Shown: in pieces, positions 49,555 to 59,453 of the stretch
Numbering within the stretch: the stretch's first letter is position 1
Layout of the letters: the number at the start of each line of letters is the position of its first letter
Source: Thermoanaerobaculia bacterium
GTDB lineage: Bacteria; Acidobacteriota; Thermoanaerobaculia; Multivoradales; UBA5704
Reading direction: 5' to 3'
Assembly (NCBI GenBank): GCA_044226625.1
Contig: JBGAGQ010000001.1
Span: 160,001 to 224,000, forward strand
Length of the DNA stretch: 64,000 bases
Notes under the pieces: model-generated
Told to the model about the DNA's origin: nothing
The model's input: only the letters and a program-made list of their open reading frames with translations
Database searches by the model: none
Translations under genes and position numbers: made by a program

Positions 49555-49940
49555 CCTTGCCACCGACCCTGCTGATCGTCGACGACGAGGAGATGCTGCG
49601 CGAGCTGGCGCGGGAGATCCTCGTCGCCGCCGGGTACGAGGTTCGAACCGCGAGCGGCGCCGAGGCCGCGCTGGCGCTCGCGGCCGACCGCCCTCCGCGG
49701 CTCCTGATCACCGACGTCTGCCTGCCCGACCTGGGGGGCCCGGAGCTCGCGGCGCGGCTCCGAGCGGAGCATCCGCGGATGGGCGTCCTGTTCGTCTCCG
49801 GCCATCCTCTCGCGGTCGCGAACCGCGAGATCGAGAGCGTCGGCGCCTCGGGAGAGTTCCTCCAGAAGCCCTATTCCCGCGAGGCGCTCGTGAGCTCCGT
49901 GGCGCGCGCCGTGGCCCGGACCGTCGAGCCTCCCGGCTGA
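49551..49940 (+). CDS. Single-domain response regulator
   Basis: LIVDDE, ITDVCLP, SG, LQKPY. Confidence 0.88.
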   Translation: MTLPPTLLIVDDEEMLRELAREILVAAGYEVRTASGAEAALALAADRPPRLLITDVCLPDLGGPELAARLRAEHPRMGVLFVSGHPLAVANREIESVGASGEFLQKPYSREALVSSVARAVARTVEPPG

Positions 49941-50118
49941 CGTCCCGATCTCGCAATTGATCGACACTTGAGTCTTGATTTCGTGACCATCCCTCGAGCC
50001 CCCGAGCGAACGATCCGGGCTCGAGGCAGCTCCCCGAAGGGGACCTCCCCTGAATCCTGACCTAGCCCGAACTTCTCACCGAGTTTCTGCTGCGGCGGAG
50101 AATCTGCCCGCGCCTGCT

Positions 50119-53100
50119 GTGTTGGCGGCTCGGCAAGCTCTCGCCGCGGCGTCCGCGATCCTCTTCACGATCGCCTCCGGATGCTCGCCCCGCCCCGTCC
50201 ATTCTCCCGACGGCGCGGTCGTGATCCTCGAGGTCCAGGCCGGCGGCGCCGGCGAGACCGCTGGCCTCCTCGCGGGCGACCGGATTCTCACGCTGCACCG
50301 GCTCGCCTCGCGGCCCGCCAATCCGGGAGAGGTCGAGCTCGAGCCCTCGTCCTGCCTCGCCGTCGCGCTCTTCGAGCTCGAGCAGGGTCCGCGCGGCCCG
50401 GTCGAGATCGAGGTCGAGCGCGGCGCGGCCGCCGGCGGCAAGGCGGTCCGAAGGAAGCTCACCCTCGAAGCCGACGAATGGCGGTTGAAGCTCGGCAGCG
50501 AGCATCCGACCACGCCCGCCGCGCGCGCCTGGGAGCACGTGCGGCTCGCCGGGAACGCGGCCGATGCCCATCGGCCGCCCGACGCCGAGGCCGAGTACGC
50601 CGCCGCGGAAAAGATCGCCCGGGCTCAGAAGGACGAGCGACTGCTCGCGCTGATCCACCAGCGCCGGGCCGACGCTCGGATCGGGGCGAACGACCTCGAG
50701 GGGGCGCTGGGCGACATTCGAGCGGCCGTGGCGATCCGCGATCGCCTGGACCCCGGGTCGCTCCTCGCCGCGCAGGCGTGGTCCGCCCTCGGGCGAGTCC
50801 GGAACCGCCGCGAAGAGCTCGATCTCGCGATCGAAGCGCTGAACGTCGCGCTGCGCATCCAAACCGCGCACGCGCCCGGGAGCCTCGTGCTCGCGAGCAC
50901 GGAGAACAACCTCGGTTTGAACGCCGGCATCCGGGGCGAGGTCGACGAGGCCGACCGCCACTTCCGCGCGGCGCTCGCGATCGCCGAGCGCAAGATGCCC
51001 GAGGGGCGGGTCACCGCCTCGCTGCTGATCAACCTCGGCAACGTCGCCCGGCTGCGCAGCCGGCTGGACGAGGCGGAGCGCTTCCAGCGCCGCGCCTTCG
51101 GCCTCTGGCGGCGCATCGAGCCGACCTCCGCCCGGCTGCCCGACATCCTCCTCAATCTCGCGAACATCGCGATGGCGCGCGGCGATCTCGAGCGCGCCGA
51201 GCGGCTGGTGCAAAACTCCGTCGCCTCCAACCGGGTGCTCGGCCTCGAAGGGGCGCCCGTCGCCGGTGCGCTCGCCGCGCTCGGGCTCATCGCCGAACGG
51301 CGAGGCGACCTGGCGGAAGCCGAGGCGCACCACCTCGCGGCGCTCGAAATCCTGTCGCGCATCTCGCCGGAAGGGCCTTCGGTCGCCCGCGCGCTCACCA
51401 ACCTCGCGACCGCGGCGAACGGCCAGGGCGCCTTCGCGCGGGCTCGGAATTACGGCGAGAGGGCGCTCGCGCTCCATCGCAAGATCTCGCCTCAATCGCA
51501 GATCCTCGCCTTCGACCTTGTCAACCTCGCCGAAATCGCGATCAGCGAAAAGAAGGAGGCGCTCGCCCGCGCCAGGATCTCCGAGGCGCTCGCGCTTGCC
51601 GAAAGCCTCCCGCCGACCTTGGACGCCGCGGCGTCCCTCCGTCGCGGCCCCGATCTATTGCTCGATCTCGGCACCCCCGCCGATCTCCGCCTCGCCGAAA
51701 AGGCGCTCGGTCGGGCGCTGGCGATCTACGAGCGCTCCGCCCCGGGGACCGTCGAGCACGCCGACGCGCTCGGCCTGCTCGGGCGGCTCGAGAGGCGGCT
51801 CGGCCGGCTGGCCGAGGCGGAGCGTCACCTCTCCCAGGCGCTCGACGCGCTCGACCGAAGCGTCCGCCGCCTCGGTGGCTCCGAACTCGACGAGACGCGA
51901 TTCCGCGCCCGATTCGCCCTTCTCTATCAAGAGGCGATCGAGCTCGCGGTCGAACGGGGCCAGGCGCGAGAGGCCTACCGAACGCTCGAGCGTTTCCGCG
52001 CCCGCAGCCTGCTCGACCTGCTCGGCGAGCGCGACCTCGCGCCGCCCGCCGAGATCCCTGCCGATCTGGCCGAGCTGGGACGGCGCGTCGACGCCCGCAT
52101 CGCCCAACTCGAAGAGCGGATCGGCGCGCTCGATCCCGGCACCGAAGCGCCGAAGATCGACGAGCTGATCGCGGAGCGGGCGCGAGCCTTCGGCGAGCGC
52201 GAGGGGCTGCGCGCGAAGATCCGCCGCATCTCGCCGCGCTACGCCGCGACCGCCGCCCCGGTGCCGCTCGACTCCGCGGCGGCGCGCAAGACGCTCGCCC
52301 CGGACGAGGTGGAGCTCGCCTATTCGATCGGGCAACGACGGACCACGCTGTTCGTTCTGCTGCCCGAGGGTTTTCCGGGCGCCCCCTCGGAAGGCCTCGC
52401 GGTGGCCACGTTGCCGATCGGCCGCGACGCGCTCGGCCGGGAGGCCGCGGCGTTCCGGAGCCTCGCGCTCGCGGACCGAGGGCTCGGCGGCGACCGGTCG
52501 TTCAAGGCGGCCGCAGAGAGGCTGTTCGCCCTGTTGGTGGCCCCCGCTTCGCCCTGGATCGATCGGGCGGCACGCCTGCGCATCTCGGCGGACGGGCCGC
52601 TCGCCGCGCTCCCCTTCGCCGCGCTCGCGCCGCCAGGCGCCTCGGGCGGCTCGGTCTATCTGGCCGAGCGCTGGCCGACCACCTCGGTGCTGTCGGCGAC
52701 GCTCGCGGCCGAGCTCGGCCGGATGCGCGCGGATCGGCCCGCGGCCGAGGCCCTGATCGCCTTCGGCGATCCCCGCTACCCGGGTCCCGCGATCGCCGGC
52801 GCGAGCCGGGGTCCCCGCCCCTCGGTTCGCTTCCGCTCCGGGCTCTCACCGCTGCCGGCCAGCCGAGGCGAGGTCGAGCAGGTGGCGGCGTTGCTCAAGC
52901 CCGCGCGCGCGTTCCTCGGCGCGGAGGCGACGGAGGAGCGCTTCCTCTCCGAGGCGCCCCGGGGGCGGATCGTCCACTTCGCCGGCCACGCCCTGCTCGA
53001 TCCGCGCTTTCCGCTCGACTCGGCCCTGGCGCTGTCGGCGCCGCGGCGCCCGGCGCACCCGGGCGACGACGGCCTGCTCCAGGCCTGGGAGATCTTCGAG

Positions 53101-53412
53101 CGCCTGCGCCTCTCGGCCGACCTCGTGACGCTCTCGGCCTGCGACACGGCCCTCGGGCTCGAAGCGCAAGGCGAGGGCCTGCTCGGGCTCACCCGGGTGT
53201 TTCACTACGCCGGAGCGCGCACGGTCCTCTCCTCGCTCTGGTCGGTTTCCGACCGCTCGACGGCGGAGCTGATGCGCCGCTTCTACTCCCATCTCGGCCG
53301 GGGCGAGCCCAAGGACCTGGCGCTCGCCGGAGCACAACGCGAGATGCTCGCCGGGCCGTTCCGACACCCGTTCCATTGGGCCGCTTTCCAGCTCGACGGA
53401 GACTGGCGATGA
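50119..53412 (+). CDS. Lipoprotein PDZ-TPR-CHAT caspase-like protease 1
   Basis: IASG-C lipobox-like, AGLLAGDRI (PDZ), NNLG-type TPRs, VHFAGH and TLSACDT dyad, WAAF. Confidence 0.9.
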   Translation: MLAARQALAAASAILFTIASGCSPRPVHSPDGAVVILEVQAGGAGETAGLLAGDRILTLHRLASRPANPGEVELEPSSCLAVALFELEQGPRGPVEIEVERGAAAGGKAVRRKLTLEADEWRLKLGSEHPTTPAARAWEHVRLAGNAADAHRPPDAEAEYAAAEKIARAQKDERLLALIHQRRADARIGANDLEGALGDIRAAVAIRDRLDPGSLLAAQAWSALGRVRNRREELDLAIEALNVALRIQTAHAPGSLVLASTENNLGLNAGIRGEVDEADRHFRAALAIAERKMPEGRVTASLLINLGNVARLRSRLDEAERFQRRAFGLWRRIEPTSARLPDILLNLANIAMARGDLERAERLVQNSVASNRVLGLEGAPVAGALAALGLIAERRGDLAEAEAHHLAALEILSRISPEGPSVARALTNLATAANGQGAFARARNYGERALALHRKISPQSQILAFDLVNLAEIAISEKKEALARARISEALALAESLPPTLDAAASLRRGPDLLLDLGTPADLRLAEKALGRALAIYERSAPGTVEHADALGLLGRLERRLGRLAEAERHLSQALDALDRSVRRLGGSELDETRFRARFALLYQEAIELAVERGQAREAYRTLERFRARSLLDLLGERDLAPPAEIPADLAELGRRVDARIAQLEERIGALDPGTEAPKIDELIAERARAFGEREGLRAKIRRISPRYAATAAPVPLDSAAARKTLAPDEVELAYSIGQRRTTLFVLLPEGFPGAPSEGLAVATLPIGRDALGREAAAFRSLALADRGLGGDRSFKAAAERLFALLVAPASPWIDRAARLRISADGPLAALPFAALAPPGASGGSVYLAERWPTTSVLSATLAAELGRMRADRPAAEALIAFGDPRYPGPAIAGASRGPRPSVRFRSGLSPLPASRGEVEQVAALLKPARAFLGAEATEERFLSEAPRGRIVHFAGHALLDPRFPLDSALALSAPRRPAHPGDDGLLQAWEIFERLRLSADLVTLSACDTALGLEAQGEGLLGLTRVFHYAGARTVLSSLWSVSDRSTAELMRRFYSHLGRGEPKDLALAGAQREMLAGPFRHPFHWAAFQLDGDWR

Positions 53413-56400
53413 CGAAGCACGACGGATCTTCGCGGTCGCATGCCCTGCCGTTCTGGGTCCTGGTTCCGTTCGCCGCGGCGCTCGCGGGCTGCCCTGCGGC
53501 CCCTCCGCAAAGCCCGGACGGCGCGGTCGTCGTCGCCCAGGTCCTTCCCGGAGGGGCGGCCGAGTCGATCGGGCTCAAGGTGGGGGATCGGATTCGCGAG
53601 CTCTCCCGGCTCGCCGCGCCGCCCGCGAATCCGGACGCCGTGACGCTCGTCCCGCGGGACCCCTTGGAGCTCACCTGGTTCGAGCTCGAGCAGGCACCCC
53701 GAGGCCCGGTCGAGATGGCGGTCGAGCGGCCCACGTCTTCAACCGAAGGCGCGACCGAGCGCCTCACGCTGCGGCTCGACGCCGACGACTGGCGGGTCCG
53801 CTACGGCACCGAGCGCTCGGTAACGCCTTTCGCGCGCGCCTGGGATCGCCTGCGCGAGGCCTCTCAACATGCAGAAAAACACGAGCTGTCCGAGGCGCTG
53901 GCCGCCTACGGCGCGGCCGAGAGCTACGCCGCGCCGCGGAAGGACGAACGATTCCTCGCCCTGATTCACCGGCGGCGAGCCGACGCCTTCGTCGTGGCCG
54001 AAGATCCAGGCCGAGCCATCTCGGACATCCGCTCGGCGATCGATCTCCACGCCAAGATCGATCCGGGAAGCCTCGCCGAGGCGTCGGCCTGGGCGGGGCT
54101 CGGTCGGATCGAGTTCCAACGCCAGAACCTCGACGCCTCGGTCGCCGCGCTAAACCGCGCGCGGAGCGTCCAGTTGAAGCAGGCCCCCGGAAGCGTCACC
54201 CTCGCGCTCACCGAAAACAACCTCGCGACCTGCGCGGGCGAGCGCGGCGATCTCGACACCGCGAATCTCTTCCTGCGTTCGGCTTTGAAGACCGCGGAGC
54301 GGAAGGTCCCCGAGGGCCGATTCATCACCTCCCTCTACATGAACCTCGGCATCCTCGCCCGCCTGCGCGCCCGCATCGACGAGGCCGAGCGCTACCAGCA
54401 GCGGGCGCTCCTCCTGGTCCGGCGGCTGGAACCGGACTCGGTGAAGGTGCCGAACATCGGATTGAACCTCGCCGACATCGCGATCTCGCGCGGCCACCTC
54501 GATTCGGCCGACGAGTTGCTCGAAGAGGTACTGCGGATCGGCAGGGCGGTCAACCCCAAAGGGGAGACGACGGCCAAAGCCCTCAGCCAGCTCGGCTTGG
54601 TCGCCGAACGACGCGGCGACTTCCCAGAAGCCGAGGCGCGCCAGAAGGAGACGCTCACGATCCTCCGAGAGAGCGCTCCCGACGGCCCTTCGGTCGCGGA
54701 CGCTCTCACGAGCCTCTCGACGATCGCGATCGCGCAGGGCTCATCGGCTCGCGCGGCAGGGTACGCCGAGGAGGCGCTGGCGCTCCACCGAAAGATCTCG
54801 CCCAAGGCGCCGGTCGTGGCGCTCGATCTCCTGAACCTGGGCGAGATCGCGCTCGCGCGCCGCGACGTCCGCGCCGCGCGGCTCCGGGCCGGCGAGGCGC
54901 TGCGGCAGGTCGCCTCGCTGCCCGACTCGCTCGAGTCGGCCGCGCCGCTCCGCCGCGCGGCTTCCTTGTTGGTCGACCTCGGGACTCCCGAAGATCTCCG
55001 CACCGCGAAGCCGGCGATCGAGCGCGCGGTATCGATCTACGATCGAGTGATCCCGGGCACGGCCGAGCAGGCCGACGCGCTCGGCCTGCTCGCGCGGGTG
55101 GAACGGCGGCTGGGCAAAAACGCCGCCGCCGAGGCTCGGTTCGATCAGGCGTTCGCCGCGCTCGACCGCAGCGTTCGGCGCCTCGGCGGCTCGGATCTCG
55201 ACACCACCCGTTATCGGGCCCGGTTCGCGCGGCTTTATGAGGAAGCGATCGAGCTGCAGGTCGAGCGCGGCGCGAGCGCCGACGCGTTCCGGACCCTCGA
55301 GCGCTCCCGCGCCCGAAGCCTCCTCGATCTCCTAGGTCAACGCGACCTCGCGCCCCCTTCCGAGCTGCCGGCGGCCCTCGTCGAAAGGATGCGGGAGGTC
55401 GACGCGCGCCTCGCCCGCTTCGAGAGCGAGATCTCGGCGCTCGATCCGGCGCGGGAAACCCAGCGAATCGATCAACTGATCGGACAGCGTGCCCGCGTCT
55501 TCGCGGAACGCGAGGGTCTGCGCGCGCGGGTTCGCCGGATCTCGCCGCGATATGCCGCGCTCTCGGCTCCCGAGCCGCTCGGTGTCCAGGCGGCGCGGGA
55601 ACGGCTCGCACCAGGCGAGGTCGCACTGGCTTACCTGGTGGGCGAACGCAAGACGCTCTTGTTCGTCTTGGTTCCTCCGGGCCCGGGCGCTTCCGGTCTC
55701 GGCACCGTGGCGATCCCGATCGGCCGCGAGTCGCTCGGCCGCGAGGTGGCGGCGTTCCGCAGTCTGGTACTCGCGGGCAAGGGACTCGGTGACGAGCGGG
55801 CAATCCGCCGGAGTGGCGGACGGCTCTACAAGTTATTGATCGAGCCCGCGCTCCCCTGGATCGCCAGGGCGGAGCGCCTTCGCATCTCGGCCGACGGCTC
55901 CCTCTCGTCGCTCCCGTTCGGCGCGCTCACGGTGCCGGGAGCGACGCCGGTCTATCTCGCGGAGCGCTGGCCGACCTCGACCGTCCTGTCGGCCACGCTC
56001 GCCGCCGAGCTGGGCCAAGCGCATGGCGAGCGGGCGGACGAGGCGATCGTCGCCTTCGGCGATCCCCGCTATCCCGGATCTCCGGCCGGCGCGGACCGCG
56101 GACCGCGGCCGGCCGTGCGCTTCCGTTCGGGCCTGGATCCCCTCCCGGCGAGCCGCGGCGAGATCGAGCAGGTCGCCGGCCTGTTCCGCCCGGCCCGGGC
56201 CTTTCTCGGCGCCGACGCGACCGAGGGCCGCTTCCTCTCCGAAGCGCCGCGCGGCCGCATCGTCCATTTCGCGGGTCACGCGTTGCTCGACCCCCACTTT
56301 CCGCTCGACTCGGCCCTCGCGTTAACGGCCCCCAGCCGACCCACCCGGCCGGACGACGACGGCCTGCTCCAGGCCTGGGAGATCTTCGAGCGCCTTCGCC

Positions 56401-56702
56401 TGTCGGCCGACCTCGTGACTCTCTCGGCCTGCGACACGGCGCTCGGCCTCGAGGCCCAGGGCGAAGGGCTTCTCGGGCTCACTCGCGCGTTCCATTACGC
56501 CGGCGCCCGCACCGTCCTCTCCTCCCTCTGGGCGGTCTCGGACCGCTCGACCGCCGAGCTGATGCGGCGCTTCTACTCTCACCTCGAAAAAGGCGAGCCG
56601 AAAGACCAGGCGCTCTCGGCCGCCCAGCGCGAAATGCTCGCCGGCCCCTTCCGCCACCCGTTCCACTGGGCCGCCTTCCAGCTCGACGGCGATTGGCGGT
56701 GA
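53409..56702 (+). CDS. Lipoprotein PDZ-TPR-CHAT caspase-like protease 2
   Basis: LAG-C lipobox, GLKVGDRI, TPRs, VHFAGH and TLSACDT. ATGA-coupled paralogue of the previous gene. Confidence 0.9.
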   Translation: MTKHDGSSRSHALPFWVLVPFAAALAGCPAAPPQSPDGAVVVAQVLPGGAAESIGLKVGDRIRELSRLAAPPANPDAVTLVPRDPLELTWFELEQAPRGPVEMAVERPTSSTEGATERLTLRLDADDWRVRYGTERSVTPFARAWDRLREASQHAEKHELSEALAAYGAAESYAAPRKDERFLALIHRRRADAFVVAEDPGRAISDIRSAIDLHAKIDPGSLAEASAWAGLGRIEFQRQNLDASVAALNRARSVQLKQAPGSVTLALTENNLATCAGERGDLDTANLFLRSALKTAERKVPEGRFITSLYMNLGILARLRARIDEAERYQQRALLLVRRLEPDSVKVPNIGLNLADIAISRGHLDSADELLEEVLRIGRAVNPKGETTAKALSQLGLVAERRGDFPEAEARQKETLTILRESAPDGPSVADALTSLSTIAIAQGSSARAAGYAEEALALHRKISPKAPVVALDLLNLGEIALARRDVRAARLRAGEALRQVASLPDSLESAAPLRRAASLLVDLGTPEDLRTAKPAIERAVSIYDRVIPGTAEQADALGLLARVERRLGKNAAAEARFDQAFAALDRSVRRLGGSDLDTTRYRARFARLYEEAIELQVERGASADAFRTLERSRARSLLDLLGQRDLAPPSELPAALVERMREVDARLARFESEISALDPARETQRIDQLIGQRARVFAEREGLRARVRRISPRYAALSAPEPLGVQAARERLAPGEVALAYLVGERKTLLFVLVPPGPGASGLGTVAIPIGRESLGREVAAFRSLVLAGKGLGDERAIRRSGGRLYKLLIEPALPWIARAERLRISADGSLSSLPFGALTVPGATPVYLAERWPTSTVLSATLAAELGQAHGERADEAIVAFGDPRYPGSPAGADRGPRPAVRFRSGLDPLPASRGEIEQVAGLFRPARAFLGADATEGRFLSEAPRGRIVHFAGHALLDPHFPLDSALALTAPSRPTRPDDDGLLQAWEIFERLRLSADLVTLSACDTALGLEAQGEGLLGLTRAFHYAGARTVLSSLWAVSDRSTAELMRRFYSHLEKGEPKDQALSAAQREMLAGPFRHPFHWAAFQLDGDWR

Positions 56703-56837
56703 GGCATGTTTCAGAGAGCCTTTACCCTCTTGCTTACGCCGCGGGGTCGTGCCACGATCCCCGGATCTCACTACCCGGTCAAACGGGATCGCGCGTCCTC
56801 GGATCGCGCATCAATTCACATCGCAAGGAGTCGATTC

Positions 56838-57041
56838 ATGTCGGAACAGGGTTCGGTCAAGTGGTTCAACGACGCCAAGGGCTTCGGCTTCATCACCCGG
56901 GACAAGGGCTCGGACGTCTTCGTCCACCAGACCGCCATCCAGGCAGAGGGCTTCCGCACCCTCGGCGAGGGCGATCGCGTTTCGTTCGACGTGGTCGACG
57001 GCCCGAAGGGTCCGCAAGCCCGTAACGTCGTTCGCCTCTAA
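56838..57041 (+). CDS. cspA: Cold-shock protein
   Basis: [27 protein letters not shown] aaggag. Symbol is family-level. Confidence 0.93.
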   Translation: MSEQGSVKWFNDAKGFGFITRDKGSDVFVHQTAIQAEGFRTLGEGDRVSFDVVDGPKGPQARNVVRL

Positions 57042-57061
57042 GGTTTACCTCGCCCGTACCA

Positions 57062-57092
57062 CGACGCCCCGGGGGCTCTCTCCGGGGCGTCG
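57062..57092 (+). terminator. GC-rich hairpin after csp
   Basis: cgacgccccgg...ccggggcgtcg; no clear U tract. Confidence 0.45.
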
Positions 57093-57184
57093 CCGCGTTA
57101 GGCGTGCCCTTTCGAGGAATTTTGGCCCAGGACGAAACGTCGGGGCCGGTTCGAACGCCTATGGTTCCGATGAGATCCCAATCC

Positions 57185-57739
57185 ATGGCCGTTTCGAGCG
57201 ACCACCCCGTGTCCCATGATTTCTACGAGACGTTCCGCGAGTACTACCCGCGGCTACGCAGCTACTTCCTCGCTCAGGGTTTTTCCGCTTTCGACGCCGA
57301 AGATCTAAGTCAAACCGCGCTCTGGAACGTCTATCGATCCGAGGGACAATTCCGAGCGGAAGGAAGCTTCGCCGCCTGGGTCTATACGGTGGCGAAAAAC
57401 GCCGCGCGCGACGAGTGGCGCCGGCGCGGACGCTCACCCGAGACCGATTCTCTCGACCGACCTCTTGGAGAGGAGGGAGGCGAGACGGTCGCCGCCTCGG
57501 TCGCCGACGAGCGACCTTCCGCGGAAGACGACGCGCAAGCGAGGGAGGAGCTCGCCCGCACCGTCTCGGCCCTCGCGCTGCTCCCCACCCGGATGCGGGC
57601 CTGCCTGCTGCTCCACGTACAGCAGGGGCTCTCCTACGGCGAGGTGGCGCGGCGCTTGACTCTGTCCGTGCCGACGGTAAAAGTTCAGATCTGGAACGCG
57701 CGCAGGCGACTGCGCCAGGTGCTCGAGGGGGCCGCATGA
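57185..57739 (+). CDS. ECF sigma-70 factor
   Basis: DAEDLSQ, FAAWVYTVAKN, LP..R, GLSYGEVA..TVKVQIWNAR. Start codon uncertain. Confidence 0.9.
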   Translation: MAVSSDHPVSHDFYETFREYYPRLRSYFLAQGFSAFDAEDLSQTALWNVYRSEGQFRAEGSFAAWVYTVAKNAARDEWRRRGRSPETDSLDRPLGEEGGETVAASVADERPSAEDDAQAREELARTVSALALLPTRMRACLLLHVQQGLSYGEVARRLTLSVPTVKVQIWNARRRLRQVLEGAA

Positions 57740-58548
57740 GCAAACCGATGTTCCCACCCCGCCCGATCGGGCCGCATCCGACCGCGGATCGGCTCTACCG
57801 GGCGCTCGCCGCCGAGCGCGCTCGAGCGGACCGCGCCGAGCCCGGGGCGCTCGCCTCCGAAGACGAGGCGGTCCTCGAGCACGTCGCCGCCTGCGCCGAG
57901 TGCTCGGCCGAGATCGCCCACCTCGAGGCGTTCGAGCATCCGACGCCGATGGCGCCCGAAGATCTCGACGCGGCGTGGCGTCGGTTTCAGGAGGGGCCGA
58001 GCGCGGCGCCCGCCCCGATGCCCCTCGAAACGCCGCGCGGCGCGACGATCGTGCCCTTCCCCTCGGCCGTGACCCGTCCCGCCCCGACCTTCCGCATCTC
58101 GCGCTACGCCGGCTGGGCGGCTGCGGCGATGCTCGTGGTCGGCCTCGGGCTCGGCTATCTGCTCGGCACTTCGAACACCCTAACTCCCGCTCCGGCCGCG
58201 GCGGATCTGCCCCCGGCTCCTCCTGCGGTGCCCGCAAGCCCGGCCCCGGTCCCAGAGGATCCTCTCCGCGGCGGCGAGCAACCGGTCACCGCCGAGGCGC
58301 TCGCGCCGACCGGCGCGCTCGACCGGCGTCCGACCGAGATCCGTTTCTCGAACCCCGACCATCAGCCGAAGCGGGTGCTTCTCTTCGCGACCGAGCCCCC
58401 TTACCAGTGGCAGAGCCCGGAGACCACCGGAGAGCGGGTTGAGATTCCTGCCGCCGAGCAGGCGAAGCTCCGCCTCGGGGTCGACTATTTCTGGAGCGTG
58501 CTCGACGCCGAAGGGGAATCGGCGGCGCAGACGTTCCGCCTACGGTGA
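57736..58548 (+). CDS. Zinc-finger (HxxxCxxC) anti-sigma factor with TM helix, LRG motif and small beta domain
   Basis: HVAACAEC, WAAAAMLVVGLGLGYLL, Pro-rich linker, DPLRGG, YFWSV. Coupled to the sigma gene. Confidence 0.8.
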   Translation: MSKPMFPPRPIGPHPTADRLYRALAAERARADRAEPGALASEDEAVLEHVAACAECSAEIAHLEAFEHPTPMAPEDLDAAWRRFQEGPSAAPAPMPLETPRGATIVPFPSAVTRPAPTFRISRYAGWAAAAMLVVGLGLGYLLGTSNTLTPAPAAADLPPAPPAVPASPAPVPEDPLRGGEQPVTAEALAPTGALDRRPTEIRFSNPDHQPKRVLLFATEPPYQWQSPETTGERVEIPAAEQAKLRLGVDYFWSVLDAEGESAAQTFRLR

Positions 58549-58667
58549 GATCGGTCCAGAGAGCCCTCGAAGAGCCCACCAGTCCACCAAAGCCCAAGAG
58601 AATCCCGAGAGCTCCGAGGTGAATCCGGGCGGATCGCGAAGGACGCCCGGGCGGAAGCTTCGCGGCG

Positions 58668-59453
58668 TCAGCGCCGACCGCGAGCTTTGGTCGCGATCGC
58701 CGTCGCGAGCTCCCGCACCAGCGCTTCGCCCGACAAATGCGGCAGGTCGAGGCCGAGCTTGCGCCGGAAATGGCGGCCCGCCTGCTCGTTCAGATCGTAG
58801 CGGGCGCGAGGATCGAGTTTCTCGGTGCGCCGCACGAGGGCGATCAACAGCTCGCGCTCGTCGAGGCTCAAGCGCTGGCGTGCGAGGCGGGCGATCTCCG
58901 GATCGACCGGCGTCTGCCCCTGCCTCCGCAGCGATTCGGGCAAGTCGGTGAGGGCGAAGCCGCGCCGCCCGCGCTCGTCGCGCACGACCAAGGTGCCGGC
59001 GAGCAGGTCGCCCAGGCGCCGGCCGTCGCGATCGAGCAGCGCCACGAGCCCGCCGAGACCATAGAACACCGGCATGAAATCGACGACGCGGCCGACGTTG
59101 CGGATGAACGACTGCTCGAGCGAAAGGGGCAGGCCGCGCGCGTCAACGACCCGCAGGCCGATCATCGCCTTGCCCGGCGTCCGCCCCTCGCGCCGCACCT
59201 CGAAGCCGACGTGGTACACGAAGGTCATGGCGAAGGACAGAGTCGTGACCGCGAGCGTGCCGAGGCTCCTCGGCAACACCCGCGAGAGCACCGCCGAAGA
59301 GAGTGCGACGAGCGCGAGGATCAAGGCGACGTCCACCCACAAGGCGAGGAACCGGCTCCCCGGTCCGGCCGGATTCAGGCGCACGCGCACGTGCTCGGGC
59401 GTCGTGATCTCCCGCCGCCTGCGCGGGCCGACAGCCGCAGCCGTTCCGATCAT
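58668..59453 (-). CDS. RDD family protein
   Basis: TPE..AGPGSRFLA..D, GRTPGK..GLRVV, RRLGD..AGT. Confidence 0.88.
   Translation of the reverse strand: MIGTAAAVGPRRRREITTPEHVRVRLNPAGPGSRFLALWVDVALILALVALSSAVLSRVLPRSLGTLAVTTLSFAMTFVYHVGFEVRREGRTPGKAMIGLRVVDARGLPLSLEQSFIRNVGRVVDFMPVFYGLGGLVALLDRDGRRLGDLLAGTLVVRDERGRRGFALTDLPESLRRQGQTPVDPEIARLARQRLSLDERELLIALVRRTEKLDPRARYDLNEQAGRHFRRKLGLDLPHLSGEALVRELATAIATKARGRR

Noticed and set aside
50181-56702. 2173-aa giant ORF
   Set aside because: The first half is an Arg/Pro-rich shadow frame of CHAT gene 1. The real second gene starts at ATG 53409.
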